Positions 52,620 to 63,420 of a stretch of DNA of 64,000 bases are shown piece by piece. The translations under genes and the position numbers were made by a program. Source of the stretch: an uncultured Pseudomonadota bacterium (lineage in GTDB: Bacteria; Pseudomonadota; Alphaproteobacteria; JACZXZ01); assembly GCA_963749075.1 (NCBI GenBank), contig CAVVLJ010000020.1, positions 672,001 through 736,000 on the forward strand, written 5' to 3'. The notes beneath the pieces are model-generated. The model had not been told where the DNA came from, did no database searches, and saw only the letters and a list, made by a program, of their open reading frames with translations. Position 1 is the stretch's first letter; every line of letters starts with the position of its first letter.

Positions 52620-53195
52620 ATGATGCGCGCCGTCTTCCTCGACCGCGACGGCGTGCTGAGCGAGGAGATCTACTACCAGCGCACCGGGCGCTGGGAGGCG
52701 CCGCTCGGGCCCGAGGATCTGGCGCTCCGACCCGGCGTGCCGGCAGCGCTCTGGCGCCTCGCGACGCTCGGCTACGAGCTCTTCCTCGTCTCGAACCAGG
52801 GCGCTTACGCGCGGGGCAACGCCACGCTCGAGGCGCTGTGGGCGGTGCATGACAAGCTGGTGGGATTGCTCGCCGCCGAGGGCATCCGCTTCAAGGACTG
52901 CTACTACGCTTTCGGGCACCCGGAGGGCGTGGTGCCGTATTTCTCGGGAGCCAGCCTCGCGCGCAAGCCGGGACCCTATTTCCTCCTCGTCGCCGCGGCG
53001 CGCTACGGCATCGACATGCCGCACTCGTGGATGGTGGGCGATCAGGACACGGACATGGCCTGCGGCAGTGCTGCAGGCGTGCGCACGGTCCTCGTCGCCA
53101 ATCCTCATGCCGGCGACCGGGCCGCCGCCTCGCGCCCGGACTTCCGCGCCGGCGATCTCGGCGAGGCCGCGGCGATCATCGGACGCCACGGCTAG
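52620..53195 (+). CDS. Heptose-1,7-bisphosphate phosphatase-like HAD (GmhB family)
   Basis: FLDRDGV, SNQ, RKP, MVGD..TD. Confidence 0.85.
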   Translation: MMRAVFLDRDGVLSEEIYYQRTGRWEAPLGPEDLALRPGVPAALWRLATLGYELFLVSNQGAYARGNATLEALWAVHDKLVGLLAAEGIRFKDCYYAFGHPEGVVPYFSGASLARKPGPYFLLVAAARYGIDMPHSWMVGDQDTDMACGSAAGVRTVLVANPHAGDRAAASRPDFRAGDLGEAAAIIGRHG

Positions 53196-53285
53196 GCGTT
53201 GCCGGCCGTTCCTTGTTCCAGCTTTGTTTTTGCGCTAGAAGGCGCGATACTAAGGGGCACCGCGCAACTGCAGGGGATCATTGCC

Positions 53286-54035
53286 ATGCCGGAAGTCGGT
53301 TCGCTGCGCATCAAGCTCTTCCTCGACGGCGCCGAGCTGCCGGCGATGAAGGAGGCGGTGGCGTCCAATCCTCTGATCACGGGGTTCACCACCAATCCCA
53401 CGCTCATGCGCAAGGCGGGCATCGCGGACTACGCCGCCTTCGCCAACGAGGCGATCGCGGCGGTCGCCGGCCGCTCGATCTCCTTCGAGGTCTTCTCGGA
53501 CGATTTCGAGACCATGGAGCGCGAGGCGCGCGAGATCCGCAGCTGGGGCGGCAACACCTACGTCAAGATACCGGTGACCAACACCAAGGGGGCGAGCAGT
53601 GCGGCCCTCATCCGCAAGCTCTCCCAAGAGGGCATTCCGCTCAACGTGACGGCGATCCTCACGGTGCCGCAGGTGCGCGAGGTGGCGGCCGCCCTCTCGC
53701 CCGCCACGCCGAGCATCGTCTCGGTCTTCGCCGGGCGCATCGCCGACACCGGCCGCGATCCCATGCCGCTCATGCGCGAGTGCGTGGCCATTCTCCGCGA
53801 CCGCCCGAGGGCGGAGCTCTTGTGGGCAAGCCCGCGCGAGCTTCTCAACGTCTTCCAGGCGGAGGAGGTCGGCTGCCACATCATCACCGCGACGAAGGAC
53901 GTGCTGGCGAAATTGTCGCTCGTCGGCAAGGACTTGAACCAGTACTCCCTCGACACCGTGCAGATGTTCTATCGCGATGCCCAGGCCGCGGGCTACCGCC
54001 TGGTGGCGCCGCTCAAGGCAACCACCGCGGCCTAG
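53286..54035 (+). CDS. Transaldolase family protein
   Basis: LFLDGA, GFTTNPTL, YVKIP, NVTA, SVFAGRIADTG. Confidence 0.9.
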   Translation: MPEVGSLRIKLFLDGAELPAMKEAVASNPLITGFTTNPTLMRKAGIADYAAFANEAIAAVAGRSISFEVFSDDFETMEREAREIRSWGGNTYVKIPVTNTKGASSAALIRKLSQEGIPLNVTAILTVPQVREVAAALSPATPSIVSVFAGRIADTGRDPMPLMRECVAILRDRPRAELLWASPRELLNVFQAEEVGCHIITATKDVLAKLSLVGKDLNQYSLDTVQMFYRDAQAAGYRLVAPLKATTAA

Positions 54036-54278
54036 TCCGTGCGTGCAGGGTCCCGCGCTGCGCGGGGCGAGGCCCGCAGGCAGGCCGGCACGGGCGAACG
54101 GGAGGCGCTGGCGCCCGCCGCAAGTCGGGGCTTCCATAGCCCCGCCCTTTAAGGGTATCTATGGCCTTGTTGCGCCGCGGGAATTAGCGGCTCCCGGCAG
54201 CGCGTCCGGAGGCGGGCGGAGCTCGTCCCCCGCGGCGCCGGCTGCCGCACGGCCACGAGATCGTCAGGGGATCGTCCG

Positions 54279-55391
54279 GTGGGGAAAGTCGCTTTAATCA
54301 CAGGTGTCACCGGTCAGGACGGGGCGTATCTGGCAGCGCTCCTCTTGACCAAGGGCTACGTCGTGCACGGCGTCAAGCGCCGCGCCTCGTCGTTCAACAC
54401 CGGCCGGGTCGAGCACCTCTATCAGGACCGCCACGAGAAGGATGTTTCCTTCTTCCTGCATTACGGCGACCTCACCAACTCGACCAACCTCATCCGGCTC
54501 GTGCAGGAGATCCAGCCGACCGAGATCTACAATCTCGCGGCGCAGAGCCACGTCCAGGTCAGCTTCGAGACGCCGGAATATACCGCCAACGCCGACGGCC
54601 TCGGCACGCTGCGCCTCTTAGAGGCGATGCGCATCCTCGGCATGCAGAAGAGCGTGCGCTTCTACCAGGCCTCGACCTCGGAGCTCTACGGCAAGGCCCA
54701 GGAGGTGCCGCAGCGGGAGACCACCCCCTTCTATCCGCGCAGCCCCTATGGTGCGGCCAAGCTCTATGCCTACTGGATCACGGTCAATTACCGCGAGGCC
54801 TACGGCATGCACGCCTCCAACGGCATCCTCTTCAACCACGAGGGGCCGACGCGCGGCGAGACCTTCGTCACGCGCAAGATCACGCGCGCCGTGGCGGCGA
54901 TCGATGCCGGGCTGCAGGCCGTGCTCTATCTCGGCAATCTCGACGCCAAGCGCGACTGGGGCCACGCGCGCGACTATGTCGAGGGCATGTGGCGCATCCT
55001 CCAGCAGCCCGAGCCCGACGATTACGTGCTGGCGACCGGCGAGACCCATTCCGTGCGCGAGTTCGTCGAGCTGGCCTTCGGCCATATCGGACGCAAACTC
55101 GAATGGCGCGGCAAGGGGGTCGATGAGTGCGGCGTCGACGCGCGGACCGGCGACGCGCTCGTGCGCGTCGATCCCGCCTATTTCCGCCCGACCGAGGTCG
55201 ACCTCCTGATCGGCGATCCCTCCAAGGCGCACGCCAAGCTGGGCTGGCGCCACAGCGTGAGCTTTCCCGCACTGGTCCGCGAGATGGTCGAGTCGGACCG
55301 GCGGGTCCTCGCGGCGGACGGCCGCGGCACGGCCGAGGGTGCGGCACTCGCGGCAGCCCACGGCGTCTCCCGCATGCGCGAGGCGCTCTGA
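54279..55391 (+). CDS. gmd: GDP-mannose 4,6-dehydratase
   Basis: [41 protein letters not shown]. Confidence 0.95.
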   Translation: MGKVALITGVTGQDGAYLAALLLTKGYVVHGVKRRASSFNTGRVEHLYQDRHEKDVSFFLHYGDLTNSTNLIRLVQEIQPTEIYNLAAQSHVQVSFETPEYTANADGLGTLRLLEAMRILGMQKSVRFYQASTSELYGKAQEVPQRETTPFYPRSPYGAAKLYAYWITVNYREAYGMHASNGILFNHEGPTRGETFVTRKITRAVAAIDAGLQAVLYLGNLDAKRDWGHARDYVEGMWRILQQPEPDDYVLATGETHSVREFVELAFGHIGRKLEWRGKGVDECGVDARTGDALVRVDPAYFRPTEVDLLIGDPSKAHAKLGWRHSVSFPALVREMVESDRRVLAADGRGTAEGAALAAAHGVSRMREAL

Positions 55392-55393
55392 GC

Positions 55394-56407
55394 ATGGCGG
55401 CCGCCGTGGCGCTCATCTTCGGCATCTCCGGCCAGGACGGCGCCTATCTTGCCCGCCTGCTGCTCGAGCGCGGCTTCGCCGTGCACGGCACCTCGCGCGA
55501 CCGCGAGATGTCGAGCTTCGCCAACCTGGTACGGCTCGGCCTCCTCGAGCGCGTGCACCTCCATTCCGCGGTACCCAGCGATTTCCGCAGCGTGCTGCAG
55601 GTCATCAGCAAGGTGCGGCCCGCCCGCATCTACAACCTTGCGAGCCAATCCTCGGTCGGCCTTTCGTTCGATCAGCCCATGGAGACGCTCGACAGCACGA
55701 TCGGCGGCACGCTCAACATCCTCGAGGCGATGCGCACGCTCGGCCTCGCGGCGCGCTTCTACAACGCCTCCTCGAGCGAGTGCTTCGGCAATACCGAGGG
55801 CGAGCCGGCCTCCGAGGACACCCCGTTCCGCCCGCGCAGCCCCTACGGCGTCGGCAAGGCGGCCGCCTACTGGGCGGTCGCCAACTACCGCGAATCCTAC
55901 GCTCTCTTCGCCTGCTCGGGCATCCTCTTCAATCACGAGTCGCTGCTCAGGCCCACCCGCTACGTGACGCAGAAGATCGTGCGCGGCGCTGCCGACGTGG
56001 CCGAGGGCAACCAAGAGCGCCTGCGCCTGGGCGAGCTCGACATCGCGCGCGATTGGGGCTGGGCGCCGGAGTACGTCGAGGCGATGGCCGCCATGGTCGA
56101 TCTCGACCGCCCCGAGGATTTCGTGATCGCCACCGGCAAGCTCTCCACCCTCGAGGACTTCGTGAGCCGGGCCTTCGGCTATTTCGGCCTCGACTGGCGC
56201 AACTGCGTCGAGATCGACCCCGAGCTCAAGCGCCCGGCCGACATCCGGGTGAGCGTGGGCAATCCGGCCAAGGCCAAGCGGCTCCTCGGCTGGCAGGCCA
56301 GGACCACGATGCCGGCGGTGGTCGATCGCCTGCTCGACGCCGAGATGGAGCGACGGCACAAGGGATATCCAGCACCGGGCGGCCGCCGGGCGGCCGCCGG
56401 CGGGTGA
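55394..56407 (+). CDS. Second Gmd-like NDP-sugar dehydratase
   Basis: GISGQDGAYL, QSSVGLSF, SPYGVGK, RDWGWA. Confidence 0.85.
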   Translation: MAAAVALIFGISGQDGAYLARLLLERGFAVHGTSRDREMSSFANLVRLGLLERVHLHSAVPSDFRSVLQVISKVRPARIYNLASQSSVGLSFDQPMETLDSTIGGTLNILEAMRTLGLAARFYNASSSECFGNTEGEPASEDTPFRPRSPYGVGKAAAYWAVANYRESYALFACSGILFNHESLLRPTRYVTQKIVRGAADVAEGNQERLRLGELDIARDWGWAPEYVEAMAAMVDLDRPEDFVIATGKLSTLEDFVSRAFGYFGLDWRNCVEIDPELKRPADIRVSVGNPAKAKRLLGWQARTTMPAVVDRLLDAEMERRHKGYPAPGGRRAAAGG

Positions 56408-56433
56408 GGCCTGCCGCGATTGCGATCTTCGGC

Positions 56434-57897
56434 ATGACGGTGATGACGACAGCAGAAGTTCGGGCGCCGGCCGAGTCCGCCGGGGAAAGGCTGCCGGGCA
56501 GCGGGAGGGGTGCCGCCGGCCTGCCGCGCATTTCCATCGTGACGCCGTCGCTCAACCAGGGCGCCTTCATCGCGCGCACGATCGAGAGCGTGCTCGCCCA
56601 AGCCTACCCCAACCTCGAGCATATCGTCGTCGACGGGCTCTCCAGCGACGGCACCGCGGAAATCCTCGCCCGCTATCCCCATCTCACCGTCATCCGCGAG
56701 GCCGACCGCGGCCAGGCGGACGCCATCAACAAGGGCTTCGCGCGCGCGAGCGGCGCCATCCTGGCCTTTCTCAACGCCGACGATACGCTCGAGCCCGGCG
56801 CGCTCATGAGCGTGGCAAGCGAGATCGACGCGGCCGCCGGCCGCTACGTGGTGATGGGGCGCTGCCGCTTCATCGACGAGGCCGACCGCTTTCTCGGCAT
56901 CGAGCATCCTTCGGCCTTCATCGACCACCGCCAGGTGCTGGCCATCTGGCTCGGCCACTGGCTGCCGCAGCCGGCGATCTTCTGGACGCGCACCGCATGG
57001 GAGGCGAGCGGCCCGCTCGATGCCGACGAGCGGCTGGTGCTCGACTACGACCTCTTCTGCCGCATGAGCCGGCATTTCGCCTTCCATCCCGTCGACCGGG
57101 TCTATGCCAACTACCGCCTCCACGCGGGCTCGAAGACCGCGGCCGCCGACGACCGCACGCGGCTCGAGCGTTCGATCGCGGTGAGCCGGCGCTATTGGGG
57201 CCCGTGGTGGCAGCCCTTGCGCTGGCGGCTCGCCCTCTCGCTGCTCTGCTACCGCATCGACCGGGTGGGACGCGGCCGCGCCCTCTTGCGCCGGGCCGAG
57301 GCCGCGCGCAAGGCGGGTGCCTGGGGCGGGGCGGCGCTGGCAGGCATCGCGGGGAGCGCTCTGGCGCCCGGCGTCGCCTTCTACCTGGCGTTCTATGCGC
57401 CGCTCCGCGGGCGCGCCGCGGCACTCGTCAAGACGCTCATCGCCCGCCGCCTTGCCCGCGCCGCGGCGGCGGCCGGCGTCGCCGCGGACGGTGCCGCCGC
57501 CGCTCCCCCGCCGTCGCCGCAGACCCTCGCCTACATGGCCAATACGCGCCTCTGGGACGACGGCTGGGCCGGTCCCCGCCTCGTGCTGGTGGCGGAGCCG
57601 GCCGCGGGCGCCGTGGCGCTGCGCCTCGCGGGAGAGGCCGATCTGGCATGGTTCCCCGGGCCTCTCAAGCTCACCGTGCGCATCCAAGGCGGTGCCGCGC
57701 GCGAGCTTTCGCTCGCCGCGGGCGGGCCTTTCTCGCTCGACATCCCGCTGCCGGCCAAGGCCGCGGCGCCGCTCGTCGTCGAGATCGTGGCCGACCGCTG
57801 GTACGTGCCGCATCTCTTCCGCCGCAACCGCGATTTCCGTCCGCTCGCCTGGCGCTTCGTCAGCTTGACGCCGCTCCCGGCGCCGGCCGGCGCCTGA
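56434..57897 (+). CDS. Glycosyltransferase family 2 with C-terminal accessory domain
   Basis: ISIVTPSLNQ, VVDG.S.DGT, GQADAINKG, LNADD; start uncertain (56404-56443). Confidence 0.87.
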   Translation: MTVMTTAEVRAPAESAGERLPGSGRGAAGLPRISIVTPSLNQGAFIARTIESVLAQAYPNLEHIVVDGLSSDGTAEILARYPHLTVIREADRGQADAINKGFARASGAILAFLNADDTLEPGALMSVASEIDAAAGRYVVMGRCRFIDEADRFLGIEHPSAFIDHRQVLAIWLGHWLPQPAIFWTRTAWEASGPLDADERLVLDYDLFCRMSRHFAFHPVDRVYANYRLHAGSKTAAADDRTRLERSIAVSRRYWGPWWQPLRWRLALSLLCYRIDRVGRGRALLRRAEAARKAGAWGGAALAGIAGSALAPGVAFYLAFYAPLRGRAAALVKTLIARRLARAAAAAGVAADGAAAAPPPSPQTLAYMANTRLWDDGWAGPRLVLVAEPAAGAVALRLAGEADLAWFPGPLKLTVRIQGGAARELSLAAGGPFSLDIPLPAKAAAPLVVEIVADRWYVPHLFRRNRDFRPLAWRFVSLTPLPAPAGA

Positions 57898-57919
57898 CGG
57901 ACCGCGCGGCACCCCGCCC

Positions 57920-58831
57920 ATGGCAGCGCTCCCCCGCATCTCCATCGTGACGCCGGTGCTCGACCGCGCCGCCATGATCGGCGAGGCGCTGGCCTCGGTG
58001 CGGGCGCAGGCCTATCCCGACGTCGAGCACATCGTCGTCGACGGCGGCTCGACCGACGGCACGGTCGAGCTCTTGCGGCATGCGCCGGGCGTGCGCTGGG
58101 TCAGCGAGCAGGACCACGGGCTCTACGACGCCATCAACAAGGGCCTGCGGCTCGCGACCGGTGAGATCATCGGCCATCTCAACAGCGACGACCTCTATCT
58201 GCCCGGCGCCTTCGCCGCGGCGGCCGAGGCGCTCGCGGCACGCCCCGAGGCCGATGCCGTCTGCGGCGGCGCCGTCATCGTGCGGCCGGCCGGGGGGCAA
58301 GGCTGGGAGGTGGCGCGCACGGTCGCGGAGGCGCGCATCAAGCGCCTCGACTGGCGGGCGCTCACGCGCGGCGTGCCGATCACCAATGCCCGCTTCTTCC
58401 GCCGCGCCTGGTACGCGCGCGCCGGCGAGTATGACCCGCGGTTCCGCCTCGCCGCCGACCGCGAGTTCCTCATCCGTTCGCTCGTCCTCGGCATGAAGAC
58501 CGTGCCCATCGAGCCCATCGTCTACCAGTACCGCCTGCACGACCGCTCGCTCACCATCAACAACGAGGGCGGCGGCAACCGGGCACTGCTCGACGAGTAT
58601 CTGGCGCTTGCGCGCCGGCTCATGGTGGCCGCCGGCATGCCGGCCGGGCTCAGGCGCGCCGCCTGCGTGTGGTACGGCACCGAGATGGCGCGGCTGGCGC
58701 TGCAGCAGGCAAAGGCGCGGGATTGGCGCGCCGCCGCCGGGACGGCTCTCCTGGCCGCGGCCCGCATCTCGGCCTGGCCGCTGCAAAGCGCCGCCCGCCA
58801 CGTCCGCCGGCCGCGCGTGGAGCGGCAATGA
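57920..58831 (+). CDS. Glycosyltransferase family 2
   Basis: ISIVTP, VDGGSTDGT, GLYDAINKG, LNSDD. Confidence 0.9.
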   Translation: MAALPRISIVTPVLDRAAMIGEALASVRAQAYPDVEHIVVDGGSTDGTVELLRHAPGVRWVSEQDHGLYDAINKGLRLATGEIIGHLNSDDLYLPGAFAAAAEALAARPEADAVCGGAVIVRPAGGQGWEVARTVAEARIKRLDWRALTRGVPITNARFFRRAWYARAGEYDPRFRLAADREFLIRSLVLGMKTVPIEPIVYQYRLHDRSLTINNEGGGNRALLDEYLALARRLMVAAGMPAGLRRAACVWYGTEMARLALQQAKARDWRAAAGTALLAAARISAWPLQSAARHVRRPRVERQ

Positions 58832-61398
58832 GTGCCAAGCACGAGCCGGCTCGGCGCCCCGCTGTCCTGGTCATCAATCCGGACCTGCCGAAATACGGCG
58901 CCCGCTTCCATGAGTACATCAACACGACGGGCCTGGCGCAGAGCTTCGCTGTCGGCCTCGTCACACGGCTCGACGCGCCCGCCGACTGGATCGACGTCCG
59001 CCGGCTCGAGCAGCGCGGCGTGATGGTCTATGCCGCGGAGCCGGTGAGCCCTGCCGGCCTGTCCGCACCTGGCGGTGGGACGGCTATGGCAGCGGCGGGC
59101 GAGGCTGCCGCGTGGCGCCCGCGGCTGCGCGCCTTTCTGCGCCGCATCCATAGCATCGCGTCGCCCCTTCTACAGTATCCGGCGGAGGTCTACGAAGCCA
59201 GGCGGACGCTGGCCAACATGGCGGCCGCCTTGCGCCGCGCGCTCGCAGAGCGTCATTGGGATGTGTTTGTCATTGTTCAGTCCCGCTTCGCCGAGTGGCG
59301 CCTGTGGCTGCCGGCGCATGTGCCAGCGCTGCTCGTGTTGCACGACGTGCAGACCATGGCATGGCGTCGGCGCGCCGAGGTTGCCGTGGGGCCTTTGGCC
59401 AAATTCTCAGCGCTGGTCGCGGCGGCCAAATGCCGGGCGTACGAGCGGCGGGTCTTTCGACGCTTCGCCGGGGTCATCTGCCTGACCGAGGTGGACGCAT
59501 CCCTCTTGCGCCGCTGGTTCGGCGTCGAGCCTCACGCCGTCGTGCCGCTGCCGGTCGACACGGACTATTACCGGCCGCTGCCGCCGGCCGAGCCGGCGTC
59601 TCCGGTCATGCTCTTTCCCGGCACCATGGACCACCTCCCCAACATCGACGCGGCGCTGTGGTTCGCCAAGGCGATCCTGCCCCGTGTGCGCGCGGCGCAT
59701 CCGGGTGCCAGCTTCGTGATCGCCGGCATGCGGCCGCCGCGCGCGGTGCGCGCCCTCGACGGCCACGACGGAGTGCGCGTGACGGGCGAGGTGCCGGACA
59801 TGCGCCCGCTCTTCCAGGCGGCGAGCGTGGTGGTGGTGCCGCTTCGCTTCGCGAGCGGTGCCCGTAACAAGATCCTCGAGGCCTGGGCCTGCGGCCGGGC
59901 CGTGGTGTCGACCTCCGTCGGCGCCGAAGGCCTCGCCGCCGAGGACGGCGGCAATCTCTATCTCGCCGACGATGCCGCCGGCTTCGCCGCCGCGGTCGGC
60001 CGGGTCCTCGCCGGCGCTGGGCAGGAGGCGGCGGTCGTGGCGGGTGGCCTTGCGAGCGTGCGCGCGCACGCCGCCGCTCGGGTGACCGAGCGCTACCGCC
60101 GCGCCGTGGCTGCCGCGGCGGTCAAGGCGCCGGCTGCGCCGCGCGGCGCCATGCACCTCTCTATCGACATGCGCTGGATGGTTCCAGGCAGTGCCGGCGG
60201 GCTCGAGCAGCTCGCGCGGGCGCTCACCGGCGCCCTCCTTTCGCTCGATCGCGTCAATCGCTACACGCTCATCCTGCCGGCGCAGTGCGCCGCCGATTTC
60301 GATCTGCGCGGACGCGGCAATTTCCGCATCCTATGCCGCGACTCAGGCGCGGCGGACTTGCGGCGCGCGGGACGCGCCATCGGCCGGCGGCTGGGTGCGG
60401 CGCTCGGCGGCAGCTCGGCGCGCTGGCCGGAGCGCTGGGCACTCGGCGATCTGGCGCGGCTCGATGCCGACATCGCCTTGTCCTTCACAGGCTTCATCCA
60501 TCCCGAGCTCTGGGCGCTGCGCCACCTCGTGATCGTGCCCGACATCCAGCACGAGTTCTTCCCGGAGTTCTTTTCGGCGGAAGCGCTCGCCGAGCGGCGG
60601 CGGCTCTTCGACCAGTCGCTGGCGCGCGCCGAACGCATTTGCGCGATTTCCGAGTTCACGCGCGAGACGCTGACCTCGCGTCTCGGCCTGCCGGCGGAGC
60701 GCATCTCGGTCGCCCACCTGGCCGCGGCTCCCGCGTACGCACCGGCGGAGCCCGGCTCGGAGGCCGCCGCCGCGGCCTTCCTCGCCCGCCGCTACGGGCT
60801 CGAGGCGGGGAAGTATTTCTTCTTTCCCGCTCGCACTTGGCATCACAAGAACCACGCGACGGCGATCCGTGCGTTAGCTCTTCTCAAGGAGCGGCACGGC
60901 GGCACCATGGCGCTCGCCTGCGCCGGCGGGGCGCGCGAGGCGCAGCCGGAGCTCGAGCGCCTCGTGGCCGAGCTCGGGCTCTCGCAGGCGGTGCGCTTTC
61001 TCGGCTACGTGGACGAGGCGGACATGGTGCGGCTCTATCGCGGTGCCGCGGCACTCGTCTTCCCCTCGCGCTTCGAGGGCTTCGGCATGCCGGTGCTCGA
61101 GGCGATGGCGTGCGGCACGCCGGTCATCGCGGCGGACGCGGCAAGCCTGCCGGAGATCGCCGGCGGCGCCGCGCTCATTTTGCCGCCGCTCGACGCCGCG
61201 CGCTGGGCCAACGCCATGCATCGCGTGGCGGTCGATGCGGACCTGCGTGCGAGCCTCGCGGCGCGCGGCCTCGAGCGCGCGAGCCATTTCTCGTGGCGGC
61301 ACTTCGCCTTCGACATGCTGGCGGCTCTCGCCGCCCTCTCGGACGGCGCCGTGGCCGCGGCACCCTCCTGGAGCGAGAGCAAGGTGGAGAGCCGGTAA
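58828..61398 (+). CDS. Tandem GT4-GT4 glycosyltransferase
   Basis: First module PN.DA..F...G.RNKILEAWACG; second module PDIQHE, W.HKNH, PSRFEGFGMPVLEAM. Confidence 0.87.
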   Translation: MSAKHEPARRPAVLVINPDLPKYGARFHEYINTTGLAQSFAVGLVTRLDAPADWIDVRRLEQRGVMVYAAEPVSPAGLSAPGGGTAMAAAGEAAAWRPRLRAFLRRIHSIASPLLQYPAEVYEARRTLANMAAALRRALAERHWDVFVIVQSRFAEWRLWLPAHVPALLVLHDVQTMAWRRRAEVAVGPLAKFSALVAAAKCRAYERRVFRRFAGVICLTEVDASLLRRWFGVEPHAVVPLPVDTDYYRPLPPAEPASPVMLFPGTMDHLPNIDAALWFAKAILPRVRAAHPGASFVIAGMRPPRAVRALDGHDGVRVTGEVPDMRPLFQAASVVVVPLRFASGARNKILEAWACGRAVVSTSVGAEGLAAEDGGNLYLADDAAGFAAAVGRVLAGAGQEAAVVAGGLASVRAHAAARVTERYRRAVAAAAVKAPAAPRGAMHLSIDMRWMVPGSAGGLEQLARALTGALLSLDRVNRYTLILPAQCAADFDLRGRGNFRILCRDSGAADLRRAGRAIGRRLGAALGGSSARWPERWALGDLARLDADIALSFTGFIHPELWALRHLVIVPDIQHEFFPEFFSAEALAERRRLFDQSLARAERICAISEFTRETLTSRLGLPAERISVAHLAAAPAYAPAEPGSEAAAAAFLARRYGLEAGKYFFFPARTWHHKNHATAIRALALLKERHGGTMALACAGGAREAQPELERLVAELGLSQAVRFLGYVDEADMVRLYRGAAALVFPSRFEGFGMPVLEAMACGTPVIAADAASLPEIAGGAALILPPLDAARWANAMHRVAVDADLRASLAARGLERASHFSWRHFAFDMLAALAALSDGAVAAAPSWSESKVESR

Positions 61399-62408
61399 TG
61401 GCGGCGCAGGAGAGGAGTGCGGGCTTGCGCGTCGGCATCATCGGCTGCGGTCTCATCGGCGCCAAGCGCGCCAAGGCGGCGGTGGCGCGCGGCCTCGCCG
61501 TCGCTGCCGCCGCCGACCTCGATTCCGCGCGTGCGGAGGCCCTCGTGACGGCGACGGGCGGCGGCGGCCGGGCCACGACGGACTGGCGGAGCGTGATCGA
61601 GATGCAGCCCGACATCGTGGTGGTGGCGACGACCCACGACCGCCTTGCGGAGATCTCGCGTGCGGCCGCGGACGCCGGCTGCCACGTGCTGGTGGAGAAG
61701 CCGGCGGCGCGCAACTCGGCAGAGCTGGCGCCCGTCATCGCGGCTGCGGCGCGGAAGCGGGTCGCCGTCAAGGTCGGCTTCAACCACCGCTTCCACCCCG
61801 CCTTCCAGAAGGCGCGGGAGATCGTCGACGGCGGAGCGCTCGGCCCGCTCTTCTTCGTCCGCGCGCGCTACGGCCACGGCGGCCGCGTCGGCTACGAGAA
61901 GGAATGGCGCGCCAGGCCCGAGGTCTCGGGCGGCGGCGAGCTCATCGACCAGGGCTCGCACCTCATCGATCTCGCGCGCTGGTTCCTCGGCGACTTCGCG
62001 CACGTGGAGGGCATGCTCGCCACCTATTTCTGGGACATCCCGGCCGAGGACAACTGCTTCGTGGCGCTGCGCACGGCAAAGGGGCAGGTGGCCTGGCTGC
62101 ACGCGAGCTGGACGGAATGGAAGAACCTCTTCTCCTTCGAGATCTACGGCCGCCTCGGCAAGCTGCATATCGAGGGCCTGGGCGGCAGCTACGGCGTCGA
62201 GCGCCTCACCTTCTACCGCATGCTGCCCGAGATGGGGCCGCCCGAGACCACGAGCTGGGACTACCCGGGCCCCGACGGCTCGTGGGAAGCCGAGCTCGCC
62301 GAGCTCTTGGCGGCCATCGCCCAAGGCCGCGAGCCGGTCGGCAATCTCGACGACGCCAAGGCCAATCTCGAGATCGTGGGCAGGCTCTATGAGGGGAGAC
62401 GGCGATGA
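61398..62408 (+). CDS. Gfo/Idh/MocA family oxidoreductase
   Basis: IIGCGLIG, HVLVEKP, GFNHRF, GGGELIDQGSH. Confidence 0.9.
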   Translation: MAAQERSAGLRVGIIGCGLIGAKRAKAAVARGLAVAAAADLDSARAEALVTATGGGGRATTDWRSVIEMQPDIVVVATTHDRLAEISRAAADAGCHVLVEKPAARNSAELAPVIAAAARKRVAVKVGFNHRFHPAFQKAREIVDGGALGPLFFVRARYGHGGRVGYEKEWRARPEVSGGGELIDQGSHLIDLARWFLGDFAHVEGMLATYFWDIPAEDNCFVALRTAKGQVAWLHASWTEWKNLFSFEIYGRLGKLHIEGLGGSYGVERLTFYRMLPEMGPPETTSWDYPGPDGSWEAELAELLAAIAQGREPVGNLDDAKANLEIVGRLYEGRRR

Positions 62409-63391
62409 TCATCACGCGAAGCCCGCTGCGCGTGACGCTCGGCGGCGGCGGCACGGATCTGCCGTCCTATTACCGCGAGCACGGCGGCTTCCTCATCGCG
62501 GCGGCGATCGACAAATACGTCTACATCACGCTGCACGAGACTTTCGAGGCGGAATACCTCATCAAATACTCCAAGCTCGAGCGCGTGGCCGACGTGAACC
62601 TCATCGAGCATCCCATCATCCGCGAGGCGATCAAGCTCGTGCATGGCAATGGCGGAGAGGCGCATCTCGAGCTCACCAGCATGGCCGACATCCCGGCGGG
62701 CACCGGCCTCGGCTCGTCCGGCAGCTTCACGACGGCGCTCTTGAAGGCGCTCCACGCCTACCGCCGCAACCTGCTGCCGCCCCAGGAGCTCGCCGAGCAG
62801 GCCTGCCATATCGAGATCGACATCCTGGGCGAGCCGGTCGGCAAGCAGGACCAGTACATCGCCGCCTATGGCGGCATCACCTGCTTCCGCTTCAACCCCG
62901 ACGGCCGCGTCGAGGCGGAGCCGCTGCGCCTTCCCGACGAGACGCGCTACAATCTCGAGGACAACCTGCTGCTCTTCTTCACCGGCTATTCGCGCAGCGC
63001 CGGCTCGATCCTCGAGGACCAGGACAGCCGCACCAAGCGCTCGGATGCGGCGATGGTCGAGAACCTGCACTACGTCAAGGAGCTTGGCCGGCGGAGTGCT
63101 GCCCTCTTGGCGAGGGGCGATCTCGCCGCCTTCGGGCGCCTCATGCACGAGCATTGGGAGCACAAGAAGCGCCGCTCGGGCGGCATGTCCAACCCCGAGA
63201 TCGACCGCTTCTACGAGCTTGCCATGGCGAACGGCGCGGTCGGCGGCAAGCTGATCGGCGCCGGCGGCGGCGGCTTCCTCATGTTCTATACGGAGGAGAA
63301 GGCGCGCGTGCGCCGCGCCATGCTGCAGGCGGGATTGCGCGAGGTGCGCTTCCGCTTCGATTTCGAGGGCACCAAGATCATCGCGCAGTAG
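62405..63391 (+). CDS. GHMP sugar kinase, HddA (heptose-7-phosphate kinase)-like
   Basis: PLRVTLGGGGTD, PAGTGLGSSGS, GKQDQY, GAGGGGF. Confidence 0.88.
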   Translation: MIITRSPLRVTLGGGGTDLPSYYREHGGFLIAAAIDKYVYITLHETFEAEYLIKYSKLERVADVNLIEHPIIREAIKLVHGNGGEAHLELTSMADIPAGTGLGSSGSFTTALLKALHAYRRNLLPPQELAEQACHIEIDILGEPVGKQDQYIAAYGGITCFRFNPDGRVEAEPLRLPDETRYNLEDNLLLFFTGYSRSAGSILEDQDSRTKRSDAAMVENLHYVKELGRRSAALLARGDLAAFGRLMHEHWEHKKRRSGGMSNPEIDRFYELAMANGAVGGKLIGAGGGGFLMFYTEEKARVRRAMLQAGLREVRFRFDFEGTKIIAQ

Positions 63392-63420
63392 CCGGGGGCG
63401 GCCCCTCGCGAGGCAAGCGG

